Origin: Octopus vulgaris
Lineage: Eukaryota
NCBI GenBank assembly: GCA_951406725.2
Contig: OX597814.1
Location: 59,954,001-60,018,000 of the forward strand
DNA length: 64,000 nt
Direction: 5' to 3'
The position numbers and the translations under genes were made by a program. Shown here one piece after another: positions 51,867 through 64,000 of the stretch (position 1 is its first letter; each line of letters starts with the position of its first letter). The notes under the pieces are model-generated. The model did not search any database. It was not told the DNA's origin and was given only the letters and a program-made list of their open reading frames with translations.

Positions 51867-51902
<36 letters not shown>

Positions 51903-52051
51903 ATACATACATACATACATATGCATATATTTATTTATATTTATATTTATATAGATATACACATGTATGTATATATATATGTATGTATGTATATACGTAT
52001 ATATGCATATACATATGCGTGTGTGTGTGAGAGAGAGAGACAGAGACAGAG

Positions 52052-52096
<45 letters not shown>

Positions 52097-54614
52097 TCGG
52101 ACAAAGAAATGCTTGAACAGTAGGAAATGCACTGGATAATTGGGAGACGTTTTCGTAAGTATACACAAATAACATCTAAGAAGCAGTAGCTAATTTATCG
52201 GTAGATTGATTGAGTCAGGGATAAGTAAGTGCAAAACACTATTGATGAACGGATCTGAAATTTTAACTCATCGCTAGACATGCTGCAACTATACCTCCTT
52301 CACCAGTTGCTTTCCTTAACAGAATGAACGAAAAAAGCATATACGGAATGGGTTCAATTATGCAAAACCAATGAGACTTACTACACCACTGATTTTCCAA
52401 TACTATTTTTTCGTTACTCAGGCCACAATTTGCAGCAAATAAATATACTTGGTAATAAATACAAAGAAAGAATGTGTTCAAAAATATATTTAATTATTCA
52501 ATAAATAATGTATAGTTACCAAGACTTTACAACAAAAATTAGCAAGGTCTTTCACACTTAAAATATAATCTCATTACTTTAAATGCGTAAATGATTATAT
52601 CTTGTGGAGCATTGAGTCGTAGCAAATCGTTCGGGAAAACCATTTGCTCTATATTGTCGCTCGAAATGGTTGGTCTTTCGAGAGAAATTACTTATAAATT
52701 TCTCAAATTAGTCTAGAAATCCGTGGTATGTATACTGCTGGTATGTTTTCGTATGCATACGTTTCGTTGTTTGGAACTGAATCAAGGCTGAACAAAAAAG
52801 CAACATGATAACGAGCAATCGCTCAAACTTCTACTTGCTCACTAGACATTCTAGAAATGGTACCAACAGATAAAATATATCTTAACTAAACATTGTACCT
52901 GTATCTCACTTAGAAAGAAGAGACACATTCAGCTATCATGTGCGGGACGGTCACATCTTGAAGGAATTGGTCATGTCTTCTCCCTCAAGTGCTGATATGA
53001 GGCTAAGCTATGTTTTCCCCAGACGGGTGGGATGTACTTAATAATTTTCATGTGCAATTTTAGTTTTAAAATATATTTCAAGTGTAAATATTTCAAAGGA
53101 CGAATTGGGTGAATATTTTAGATATTAGTAAAGAATTTCATTCCCTGGGTTCTGTTCAAAGCCAACTTTGCTTTTCTGGAGATGTATACAATATGTACCG
53201 ATCCAGTACGGTGAAATTTTGCAATTCTAGAGAACCGGAAGACATACCTAGGGCTATCTGTTCAGACACCGTGCATGCTAAGTTCTAAATGCACCCAATT
53301 ACCGATAAAATTTTGTGATGGTTACCTACTGACAGAGATTATCAATAATGCTTAAAAAAATTAAATAATGGAAACAGTTTCCGTGGTCCAATCGAGAAGT
53401 CGAATACTATCATCACATTACTTAATGTGAGGAGTTGAAAACAGTTTTTTGATAAGTTGAAATTGTAATCGTGATAAGGAAAATAATCTTTCATGTCTTA
53501 ACTAAGAAGACAGAAACGTATCAACGTCCGATATCATAATTTCGAAATATGAAAACCGTTTCGCCTCCTGTACATATATCTCTTATTTCTGGTTAACTGG
53601 AATTATGCTATTCCTCTTTTCTCCATTTTGAGAGGATATTTTATTAAAGTTAATGGTTTTTCATAAAATATTGCCCACAGTTTTAAACAGATTGCAGCGA
53701 TGTGGAAGGCCAATAAAATGATGAGTCGTTTGATTGAGTGAAGGCCAATAAGATGAGTCGTTTGATTGAGTGAAAATAAATAACAAGTCAACATCGCGCT
53801 TTGGACGCTCTCGATCAGGTCCAGTGTAGTAATACATGCAAGAAAATAACTCATTCACGGAAAGAAGTAGAGCGTTTAAGGGTATTAATTACCGTGACCA
53901 ACAATTAATGCTTCAAAAATTTTCCAATGCCTCTATAACATACCAGTTTCCTACTTTAGCAAATCAAGTAACACTTCTTACGCTATTGTCCGCCATTAAG
54001 TTAAGCCCTCTTCATCCCTTACATTCACCACGCACACCGTCTCTCTATCTCTTCCTCTCTCGGTCTTTTGTGTCTTTGGGGATCACTTTTCATTGAATAT
54101 CTTTTCTCATCTCCGGCTCACATATTCACATTAGTTTTGTTGAATCAACAGGGGGCTTCTGAGGTTCGTTCTCCTTTTTATAAATATTAGCCAAATCTTA
54201 TCCAAATAACATTCTGAAGTTTTTATTGCGAAAGAAAATTTGATATGTTTTACAAGGTTAAATCTTCGAGCGTAAAATCATGAGAAGCTTTCAGTGGCGT
54301 CAGTGGTCTACAGGACATGATGTTTCAGCTTTATTTTCTCTTCTGAGTGATGCATAGCGCCTGGATCATTTCAAGACAGACAAATATGTCTATTGCTCTA
54401 TAGGAAACAGGAAACATTTAACTATTTTTAGAACTCATTTTCTATTCCAGAATGAGAAAATAGTCGTTCTTAAATGTTATAGCAACTGTAAATGCTACAG
54501 GGGTCCATAACATTTTAAATAACTTTGAATAACAATACTATAGCTTATGCATATCTTATCGGTAACACGAAAGACCCAGATGAATATAAGAAACTCCATT
54601 TAAATCTTATAAAA

Positions 54615-54620
<6 letters not shown>
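50550..54620 (+). pseudogene. Decayed Ty3/Gypsy RT-RH-INT - gag - RT
   Basis: VLDDIML; ISSFTLSCVHRVENTLSHALNQ resembles ISQFTTDIRHVSG.DN.VADALSR; VVANRSGKPFAL; IPWVLFKANF (gag); [16 protein letters not shown] (RT). Confidence 0.55.
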
Positions 54621-54657
<37 letters not shown>

Positions 54658-54725
54658 AGGGAGTGAGAGAGAGGGAGAGAGAGACTGACAGACAGATAAA
54701 TATAGATAGACGTATACATGTACAC

Positions 54726-54806
<81 letters not shown>

Positions 54807-55129
54807 CATATATATATATATATATATATGTGGATGTGTGTATATAATTTTATGAATTCATAAATATATATATATATATAATTTGTATATTTATGTATGT
54901 GTGTGTGTGTGTGTTGTAAATATATTTGTGCGTATGTGTTTGTGCGCACACGTCCATGCGTGCGTGTATACATATATATGGAATATACACACATATATAA
55001 TTGTATTTAATACCATTATTGCTATATCCGTGAATCTGATACACAGACAGTTAGACAAAGATATAAACAGGTTGATCGATATATCCGTACATAACTACAT
55101 TACTGTGTGCAAACATTCATAGACAACGA

Positions 55130-56194
55130 GATATGCTATACATGTCTTCAGAGACAAGGGGAATGGGAGTATAGTTAGTTATGGAGATAATGAAGTTAAT
55201 CCCCTCGACAATATATCTCTGAAACAATACAATAATTTAATATGTGAAGACTAGAAGTTATTTCAAGTATTTCCATTTTAAGAATTTAATTTCAGACATA
55301 CTCATGTACTGCGTTAACCACTGCATTGCCAAGTACGAACTTATTATATGTTGTGCATAAGTTGGTCAAAGCTTAGCAAGAGTGAGCATATCAGTTCTCT
55401 TCCAACAGATCCGATGATTGATGCGATTGATATCAACAAATAAAACATTGGCGGTTTGGGCCCAGTTATAGGAGGTAAAGTTGGGAAGACCTTGCCCTGT
55501 GAGACTTTAGAGATCTCTCGGAAGTAAATCTTCGGGTTGTTGTCTAAGTTGTATGAGGGTATTTCTGCAGCAGCAACAATATCATCTCTTGTATATAGGC
55601 AACACATTATTATGTGGTGCAATGAGATAACGCTTGAATTATTTTCTGAAACTAATATGAAGCATAGCTTATTGTTTTAAGAAGCTTTGTTAATGCCGCA
55701 TATGTGAGGTAGGAGAGAGATATCCTCAAAATCCTCAGACCTTGCATTTGTAGTGAATGTTGAAACAATTTAAGTTGTACTGCTACGCCCAAGGTTTGTA
55801 ATTTGAAGTTTATACTGTAGATGGGGTATTAAGAGATAGAGGGTAGTATTATCGGCATAGAAAGTCATAGCTAAAGTCCATCACCAAATGGACTTTACTA
55901 ATAACTTTACCTATAAATTTATTATATTTTTGATCATGGAACTACCAAAAGTATATGTTTTTTATTCCGATCCTTCCTTCGTCTTTCGACAAGCGGGAAA
56001 ATGCTAATATCCTTGATTGCGGATATACTTCATGTTTTATATTTTCTGACTTCTCCCTCTCCGATAAGGGTTTACTTAACTTCTGGAAACCTTACTCAAT
56101 AGCATGATAAACATAATTGGCTATTCTAGAGAGACCGTTAAGCGACTATCTTTTTCATTCTCTATTTTGTTATACACACACACACACACACAAG

Positions 56195-56248
<54 letters not shown>

Positions 56249-56600
56249 GTATATGTATACAAGTTTGTTTTTTTTTGCGACAATAACTTGCAGCCAAACA
56301 TAAATGTAGCTCGAAGAAGCTAAATTGATCTCACCCATTACATTTTGAGTTAAATAACCCACATTCACACCAGACTGCTCAGGAAACATATGTAGTATGT
56401 ATTTACGTTCTCCATTCTCAACAATTATCAATGTACAAGCGCGTAATTAGCAATCTTTGCATGAGTATGTTGTTGGAGGAATTTTATCGAAATTTCCATC
56501 AAATTCGTTATGGAGAGAGGTGTATACCGTACATTGGTTATTAAATACCTTCTTCTTTGTCGTCTATACAAGTCGTGTATATGTTTGATGGTCACTGGTT
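55130..56600 (-). pseudogene. Decayed Ty3/Gypsy integrase core followed by gag
   Basis: VRYTPLSIT..SSLV*MWVI*LK resembles RFGVP..ITTD..NGLVERFHRQLK; ORF 55344-55622 AAEIPSY..NPKIYF..IT..MFY..RELI..FDQL resembles a gag N-terminus. Confidence 0.6.
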
Positions 56601-56649
56601 GCCTGTAGCAAGATATTTTAGGTTATCACACAGCCCCGTGTATGTGTGT

Positions 56650-58950
56650 GTGTGTGGTGCGGTATAACTGGTTTACATTGTAATATATATCGAATTATCG
56701 AATATTCGATGCTATTATCCTGTCTCCTATATTGCAGCGAAACAAAATTTTCATGTAAAGATTCAAATTATTATGCAAAGTGATATGATGAATATATATT
56801 TAAACATATAAAGAGACTTTTCAAAAGATATGCCTCACTTGTTTTACTTATCTTCAAACAGTAGCGTTAACTTATTCCTTAAATATGATTGAAATGGCTT
56901 GGCAAACATCACATGATATTTTTATATAATACATTTCTGATACACTTGAAGCAGAACTCATGATTTAGAAAGTATGTCTTTACTTATTTTGTGATTCATC
57001 GATCAAATTATTTCATCAAGTAACAATCTTTTATGTGCGCCACTTTCAAACAAAAGACAGGTTATTCTCGGAGATAACAGAAGGTTAACGTATCAACTAT
57101 GATTGATAATATCAAAGTAAATAAATTCCCATCCGGAAAATATTCGATATATCAAACGTTGAGAACATTATATAAGATAGCATGGAATAACTTCATTTAA
57201 CTTATATTTCAAAATTCAATAAAAAGGTTACATTTCTCCCATTCACATCAAATTAAGTTGCCTTCATACATTATTGGAATTCTCAAAGGACAGTAAATAT
57301 TGCTATATCATACTGTTCTTTTGTAACCTCCGGATGTTACAGTATACAGAGACATTTATACTCTAGTGTAATATTTCACATCCGTCACTTAAATAACTTC
57401 AATCAAAGATGGATTTGCTTTCACTAACCTACACTTTGTCTCATACTGTTTGTTCACTTAACTTCCTATAGTTTACAAATCGTGCTTACAGCGATCTAGT
57501 CAATCCTTTATTCTTGGAATCGGTTTTAACAAATCATGCTAGAAGCTTTGTTCATCTTCCGAATAATTCATCAGAGATGCTATGGAGTTGCTTGCAACCA
57601 GTAGGCAGTTTGTATGATGAACATTCAAAAGACAGTGTTGTCCTTAAAACTACTAAAATTATAAATCATATTCACAACTTTTAGCTAAAGCATATTGATC
57701 AGTTATACGGTTTTTTCACGTACATTTTATTTTTAAGCCAATTCCCAGTATCCCTGAAACAGTATCTATTTCATGTTTTCACTTTTGCAAACACAGAAAA
57801 CAAACTTTGATATAATCTTTTGATGACTATTTAACAGAGAAAAGTTTCGCCATATGTATAATCAATTTTTCAACACTACATTACTAATAATTCACCATTA
57901 CTCGACTTAGAATTTCTACTGCAGTCAAAATTTATACACATTGTACTATCTGAGAAAGACATTTAGCATTATTTTCTGGCGAAGGCCATCATTATTGACA
58001 TGATACGTCCAATTTTTATCATTGTAATTGCTAATAAGCACTATATATATCAACGATCTGGAAGTATTTAAATGTGCAAAAATAATCGCAAATGTACATG
58101 TGCATTTACTCATCATGTAAAAACAAATAAGAGACAGCATTTTCATAGCACATCAAGTCAAGCTGGATGTGCAAATTGTTATTCGTAACAAAGAGTGTTT
58201 CCGTCGCTACTAACTGATTTGTACACAACTTGTCAGCTATTTGAGACACCACGAAATGTATCGGTTTACCGAAATTTGGTCTAGCATTTGATTTTCGGTA
58301 TCTGTTGCTGATGATGCGAAAACACGCTGAAATCACGCGATACAATAGTCTTAGGAAAACTGGTGCTGACAAAATTTGTCTGCCGATTTAATCTGCTTTT
58401 TAGCAATATACGTGTATACGATATTATTTATCAGAACGATTAATGCAGTTTATGGTGTTTCATAACACATGCAAGTTACATGGATTGATATTTCTTACAA
58501 TGATTGCTTCCGCTGCAAATAATTAATAACTTAATAAACTATCTTATTCTTTTTACGAATATTAGTGAGTTCGTTGGCAGTTAAATAAATAGTTGTATAT
58601 TTTGTTATTGTATATCAGGTGGCGGCATTAAGGAATATTAGATTATGATGCAATGAGCAGGGCTTTAAATTATTTAATTTAAATTCACTGTTACGTCTCC
58701 AAAAATCTAGAATTAATTAAATCTCAGTTTTAATATACATTCGCTTGAAAAGTAAAACAGTGTACTCCAAGAAAAACGGAGCACACATCCAACAAGTCAT
58801 TCGACACAATCAGTCTGAACTTCAGTGACGGTTCCACTACAGTCACAGAAGTAACTGCATTTCTGGATCAGTATGTCACCTATACCCTACACTACGCCCA
58901 TAACCGTATCTGTTAGAGAGTCGTTAACATGGGGAGCCCGGTAGCCGTAC
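56650..58950 (+). pseudogene. Decayed Ty3/Gypsy PR-RT-RH-INT
   Basis: SSSNNLLCAPL..LGDNRRLT (57013-57090) resembles SSSPWASPL..CGDYRRLN; YINDLEVFK..IAN; FVHNLSA..AEITRY (integrase zinc domain); PPT-like GGGGAG at ~58931. Confidence 0.7.
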
Positions 58951-59260
58951 CAGTCGATTGCTTCCGGCAAAGCACACACACATACACATATATACACACA
59001 AACATGGATACATACACAAACACATGCTGATGACATATCAGAGACAGTAGACCAGCGCTTCAAATTTGATGAGTTGGGTGGGTCAGATAATATGGGAAGA
59101 GTAATATTTATATCTACTTAAAGGTGAATGTTTTCTTAGAATAAACTGTTCTACGCTAGATACCATTAGAGAAACCCTTTATATAAGCTTTAGGTGCAAA
59201 AGGTACTCTTGTTTATATCATTAGCAGGGAGGTAACTCCCCACCAACCCCAGACACGAGA

Positions 59261-59307
59261 CCACCAGAACATGAGATTTCGACTTTCCTTAGTCTCATCG
59301 GTGATGG
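59261..59307 (-). ncRNA. Type I hammerhead-like motif, CCGAUGA core
   Basis: CCAUCA-CCGAUGA-GACU(AAGGAA)AGUC-GAAA-UCUCAUGU-UC-UGGUGG: stems I and II intact, stem III eroded. Confidence 0.7.
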
Positions 59308-59441
59308 ACACTCATCCGCTAAACATAGCAGTAACTCATCTCTCCACTATCTATACATAGAAAATCAGTGCCTAAACTTGCACTGGTGTCGTGATTAGAG
59401 AGTGAGTATGTTCGAAAATTTTTTCTACAATAGGCGAGCGT

Positions 59442-59488
59442 CTATCACCGATGAGACCGTGAAAGATCGAAATCACGTGATCTAGCGG
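59442..59488 (+). ncRNA. Type I hammerhead-like motif, CCGAUGA core
   Basis: CUAUCA-CCGAUGA-GACC(GUGAAA)GAUC-GAAA-UCACGUGA-UC-UAGCGG: palindromic stem III intact, stem I eroded. Confidence 0.7.
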
Positions 59489-60184
59489 TCTCGGAACTGG
59501 ATTTGGAGAGGTGTTATCTCCCCGCTAACGATATAAATAAGGGTACATTTTGCGCCAAAAGCCTGTACCAGAATTTCTTTGGTGGTATCTACCGCAGTAA
59601 GTTATGCTCTAGCAGAACATCTACGTTGAAGTGGGAATAAGTGTTAAATCTCGGTTACTACTGCCTATGAGCTTATAAATATCAGAAAAGTTAAATTAAC
59701 CTGTGGTTTACCAGATCTCTCCATACAAATCGGTTGACTACATTTGATTTCTTCCAAAGTTTTGTCTCCTGAACATGTAGGATCTGTGCATTATATCCTC
59801 GTACATCGCTTGTCACATAGTGGAGATCAGTATTTTCAGCAAGTGGGCTATGGTCATGATCGATTTAATAGATTTGTGGGTGGTGATCGCTTGGACCTAC
59901 GAAGGCGAACTCATTCATCCTAAATATATATGACCGTTGAGAAGGCCTCCATTTCTTGGGCACTCTCGAGACAACCAGCTCTTTTATGACTTTTCATAGA
60001 AAAAAACGAGTTACGTTCAACAAGCTGTGAATTGTTTCTTTTCGTTTCCTGTGACAGAATGGAATGCGTTGTGGTGATGATATCTTGTCTAAAACAAAAA
60101 TAAAGAAATTAAAATTCGGTGCATTGTACGCAATATTAAGCAATGTAGGGTTACTATCCACAAATGCAAATAGAAATGTGTATA

Positions 60185-60249
<65 letters not shown>

Positions 60250-60418
60250 CATACATACATACATACATACATACATACATACATACATACATTCATACAT
60301 ACATACATACATACATACACACACATACACATATATATATATATATTCACATATATACATATATATACATATATATACATATATATGCATGTATATATAT
60401 ATAAATAAATATGTATAG

Positions 60419-60449
<31 letters not shown>

Positions 60450-60489
60450 TGTATGTATGTATGTATGTATGTATGTATATGTATCTTTT

Positions 60490-60770
60490 ATCTTTTACTT
60501 GTTTCAGTCATTAGATTGCAGCCCTGATAGGACAGCGCCTTGAAGAATTGTTTGTCGAATGAATCGATCCCAGCACTTTTTTAAGCCTGGTACTTATTCT
60601 ATCGACTCTTTTGTCGTACGGCTAAGTTATGATGATGTAAACCTCCCAACACGGGCTGTCAAACGGTGGTGGCGGAAAACACAGACACATTGACATACGC
60701 ACGTCCACATGGACACACACACACGCACGCACACAAACACACACAAACACACACACACACACACACACAC

Positions 60771-60840
<70 letters not shown>

Positions 60841-61026
60841 CATATACGTATGTATGCGTTTGTGCACTCGCTTCTTTCAGTTTCCGTCTACTAAATCCAC
60901 TCGAAAGGCATTGGTTTGGCCGTGGCTAGAGTAGACAATAATATGCAAGGTGTCACGCAGTGGGACTGAACCAGGAACCATGTATTTAAGAAGCAAGCTT
61001 CTTACCACGAATTCACTCGCGCGCCT
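60490..61026 (-). mobile_element. SINE (family of 7891)
   Basis: TTTTACTTGTTTCAGTCATT..GCAGTGGGACTGAACC..AAGCTTCTTACCAC..GCGCC. Confidence 0.8.
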
Positions 61027-61079
61027 ACATGTGTGTATATTGTAAGTGATATTTAACCAAACTTCAATATATCATATAC

Positions 61080-61297
61080 ACATTTGGTTTCGGTTTATGG
61101 CACAGGACCTGCAATTTCGGAGAGAGGGATAGTCGAGATGATCGACCTCCGAGCGCACTTAATACTCATTCTGTCGACCATGTAATAATGATAGGCAAAG
61201 TCGACCTCGGCAGAATTTGAACTCGTAACGTAAAGACGTACGAAATGCGGCTAAGCATTTTTGCCGGTGTTCTAAAGACTTTGTCGGTTGATCGCCT
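61080..61297 (-). mobile_element. SINE with Meta-domain-like core
   Basis: GGCAAAGTCGACCTCGGCAGAATTTGAACTCGTAACGTAAAGACG..GCTAAGCATTT matches the 14.2-kb copy. Confidence 0.75.
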
Positions 61298-62713
61298 AAT
61301 TATTATTATATATATATATAGCATCGCGAGTATAACAACTTACAGATATATCTATGTCATAAAAGAAGGTTGCTTCATATTCGTTATTCACTATATCTGA
61401 GTAAAGGGAAATCCCTTGTTTCTCATGATGTCATATGACCCATTATTTCAATATATATTCTAATTAGATATGTTTCTAAACAATTCCGACTAGCCACCAT
61501 GAAATATACCCCTTTTTATTAGAGGATGTAATAACAGTGATAAATGTGTCAGCAAATATAGCATGCTCTCATCTTTTGTTTTCAGTGATGATAATATAAT
61601 GAGTTTTATGAGAGGTGAAGAATGATCTTCGACCAGTAATTGAATCTATATACGTTCAAGACACAAAGGATATTCATAAGGGATTCAGATTTAACATTGT
61701 CTACTGGACAGAATCCATCCCAATAAACTCTTCGTGTTAAGCTTGCCACAGCAAGTTGTCGAAGAAATCATGAATTATGTGGTCTTCTTAATTGCATCTG
61801 TGTTTACCCACCGAAAGTAAAGTATCTTGGTTAAGGATTTCGTAGACCTCCGTTACTGTATATAAACGATTTAATACCAGCCGTTGATCTAACTACTTTA
61901 GTCATATTGGCCATTATCTGAACATGTACGAAAGCTCTACATATATGAGGAAAAAAAACATTGAAATTTAATGAAATGTTCAAACACTCCCGAAAGAATA
62001 CTTGATGATGGTGCAAATTCTAAATTTGAGTGGACATCTATAAAAGGCACGAGTATATTACAGCTAATATGTCTACAAAAGTTTTGTAATTTACCATCTT
62101 TAAATTATTCACTCATTTAATTTCGACGCATAAACATAAAAGAAATTTGCTTGATCGATTTCATATATAATTTCTGGTTGTCTGAAATACTTAATATTTA
62201 TTTAAATAATTACACAATGAAGAGTAAGACTATCAAGAACAATGTTAATTTCCTTGCTAAATCAAGGCAAATATATAATGATATTAGTGTGCAAAATTAA
62301 TCGACTGGAGACAAATGTCAAAGATTGGCTATAATTATGAAAGTGATAAATGTATGACTATCAAAACGAATATTTTGAAGTTTGACACTCGAAAATAATC
62401 AAAACTATGTGAATTCTAGCAGAGAGGAAAATATTCGACTAATGAGATCAGACATTGTGATCATTTCTTGGCACATCTACGAATATGTCGACAAATATCC
62501 TCTTTCACTTACCTCCTACAATTCAACTCTGACTGAATTCCGCCTTAGAACGAAAGGGAAATGCTGTCAGTTTCTGGCCATTAAACAATGTTAGAACAAA
62601 CCTGTTACTAGCTTTTATGAAATGATGACTGACAGTATAAATACACACACACATACACACACACACTCACATATGTATTGATGTATGTATGTACGTATGT
62701 ATGAATGTATGTA

Positions 62714-63576
62714 CGAGGGGCTAGAAGAAATTATAACTTTGCAATATTACTGTATTCAGTTAGTTTTACATATTTACGCTTTTATCGCATTCATAGATTC
62801 TCCATTTGAAACAATGCATCGATTCAGACACGTTTTCCACAGTTCGAACCAGGGCTGGAATTCTTGCAATGTGATACATTTTAACGCCTCCGTCGTTATT
62901 TTCATCTCTTCCACATCTGGAAATTCTGTAGCACCACCTTTCGTCACCAGTGATGACCTTCGAAGAAAGGTCAGGTTCAACTTCCAATTGTTTTGTTTCA
63001 GTTCACGACACACATTCAGTTGTGACTGCTTTTGAACTTCAGTGAGCAAGCGAGACACAAAGTTTGCTACAACACTTTTCATTCAAAATTCCTCATTGAA
63101 ATTCGTCGGTAGGAGCTCCAGGAAACACCAGTCATAATAAGTTAGTCAATTCTTCTGTCCTCTAAGATAAGTTCATGAATTTTCATGATGTTTTCATTCC
63201 TTACGGGAGGTCGATGAACGCCCTGAACGAAGTTGATCTTCAAGTGAGAAGTGACTATTGCTAAAGCGTGAAAACTCCTCGTAAACGGCATCATCCTTGT
63301 AAGCAGTCTGAAGCATTACATCTCTTTCGGTTGCCATTTTTCACAGGAGGAAAGAGAACTTCACAGAAGCACGCTGTTCCTTCAGAAAAATTGACGAACG
63401 GGGAGAAACACTGCAAAAACAAAGACGTATCACGTGGCAGTACGACTATACTCGACGACAACCGTAGGCAGACTGATACCTGAGGGTCGTATCAAGTGGC
63501 TTCTAGCAGCAGAAGCCTGAAATACAGCGGGCTTATGCCACACAGAACGTTTCCAGTTACTTTTGGGTACCTCCTC

Positions 63577-63577
<1 letters not shown>
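62714..63577 (-). mobile_element. Internally deleted mariner
   Basis: TA|CGAGGGG..CTCCTCA|TA ends; VANFVSRLLTEVQK, VITGDERWCY, WKTCLNRCIVSNGE. Confidence 0.85.
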
Positions 63578-63629
<52 letters not shown>

Positions 63630-63631
<2 letters not shown>

Positions 63632-64000
63632 GAGTCATCTCATAAATGATGCGGTTTTTAATATTTATTTTATTTTTCAAACTTAAGATAAAATTCTTTT
63701 TTAATCTAAAATATACTCTCCTTCATTTTCTACAGTACTATTCCATCTATCTGGTAGATTTGCAAGGCCCCGCTTCCAAAATTCACTTGACTGTGACGAA
63801 AAATACTCCTCCAGGACTGGTCTGATATCGTTTACAGAATTCATATTTTTCTGTCCAAATGGTTTTGAAGACTGCGGAGTAAACTCAGATGGGGCCAATA
63901 TCCGGTGAATATGGTGGGTGGGGCCTCGTTTCCCCTTCAAACTGCTCCAGTCTTTGGAATGTCATCCCTGCTGTATGTGGCCGAGCTTTATCCTGATAGA
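63630..64000 (-). mobile_element. Mariner 3' end (runs off the window)
   Basis: QDKARPH..HPPYSPDI..FWKRGLANLPDRW..VENEGEYILD*; TIR after TA at 63628. Confidence 0.9.

Larger units (their letters stand above)
59130..59620. repeat. Diverged inverted repeat (~185-bp arms) carrying hammerheads
   Basis: TAGATACCA..GGTGCAAAAGGTAC.CTT.TTTATATC.TTAGC.GGGAG is the reverse complement of CTCCCCGCTAACGATATAAATAAGGGTACATTTTGCGCC..TGGTATCTA. Confidence 0.85.
59640..62600 (+). pseudogene. Decayed Ty3/Gypsy RT...INT, interrupted by SINEs and microsatellites
   Basis: VYQISP, LHFLG, FRFL (RT); INVSANI, LSTGQNP, CVYP, YFSHI (RH/INT). Confidence 0.45.

Noticed and set aside
55344-58372. Protocadherin-like words (SAPVF..Y, GRELIC; also DVGSKPL..DIAPV at 5.2 kb)
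   Set aside because: No DxNDN/DRE/DxD repeats at cadherin spacing; the same DNA is better explained by colinear Gypsy gag/pol motifs.
57180-58380. Stop-poor plus frame as an endogenous RNA-virus gene
   Set aside because: The motifs fit Gypsy RT-RH-INT order; no viral polymerase motifs were recognised.

Overview
AT-rich, microsatellite-laden animal DNA. The SINE families and (TA)n/(CA)n/(TACA)n/(GATA)n load look like an octopus or other coleoid genome (inference). I find no intact host gene: nearly all listed ORFs are translated microsatellites or transposon debris. By-eye translation shows that most of the apparently unique background is heavily decayed Ty3/Gypsy gag-PR-RT-RH-INT sequence from one family. 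About ten partial units lie head-to-tail, on the minus strand left of ~24.5 kb and almost all on the plus strand right of ~29 kb. Younger elements have inserted into this array: tRNA-derived SINEs, Tc1/mariner/maT and hAT DNA transposons, a HERO-like and a palindromic L1/Tx1-like LINE fragment, and Penelope-like elements. The most striking signal is a set of non-coding inverted-repeat modules carrying type I hammerhead ribozymes: an apparently intact pair at 34.1-34.8 kb, a CCGAUGA-core pair at 59.3-59.5 kb and a G5A copy at 49.5 kb. All homologies were recognised by eye; boundaries of decayed elements are approximate.
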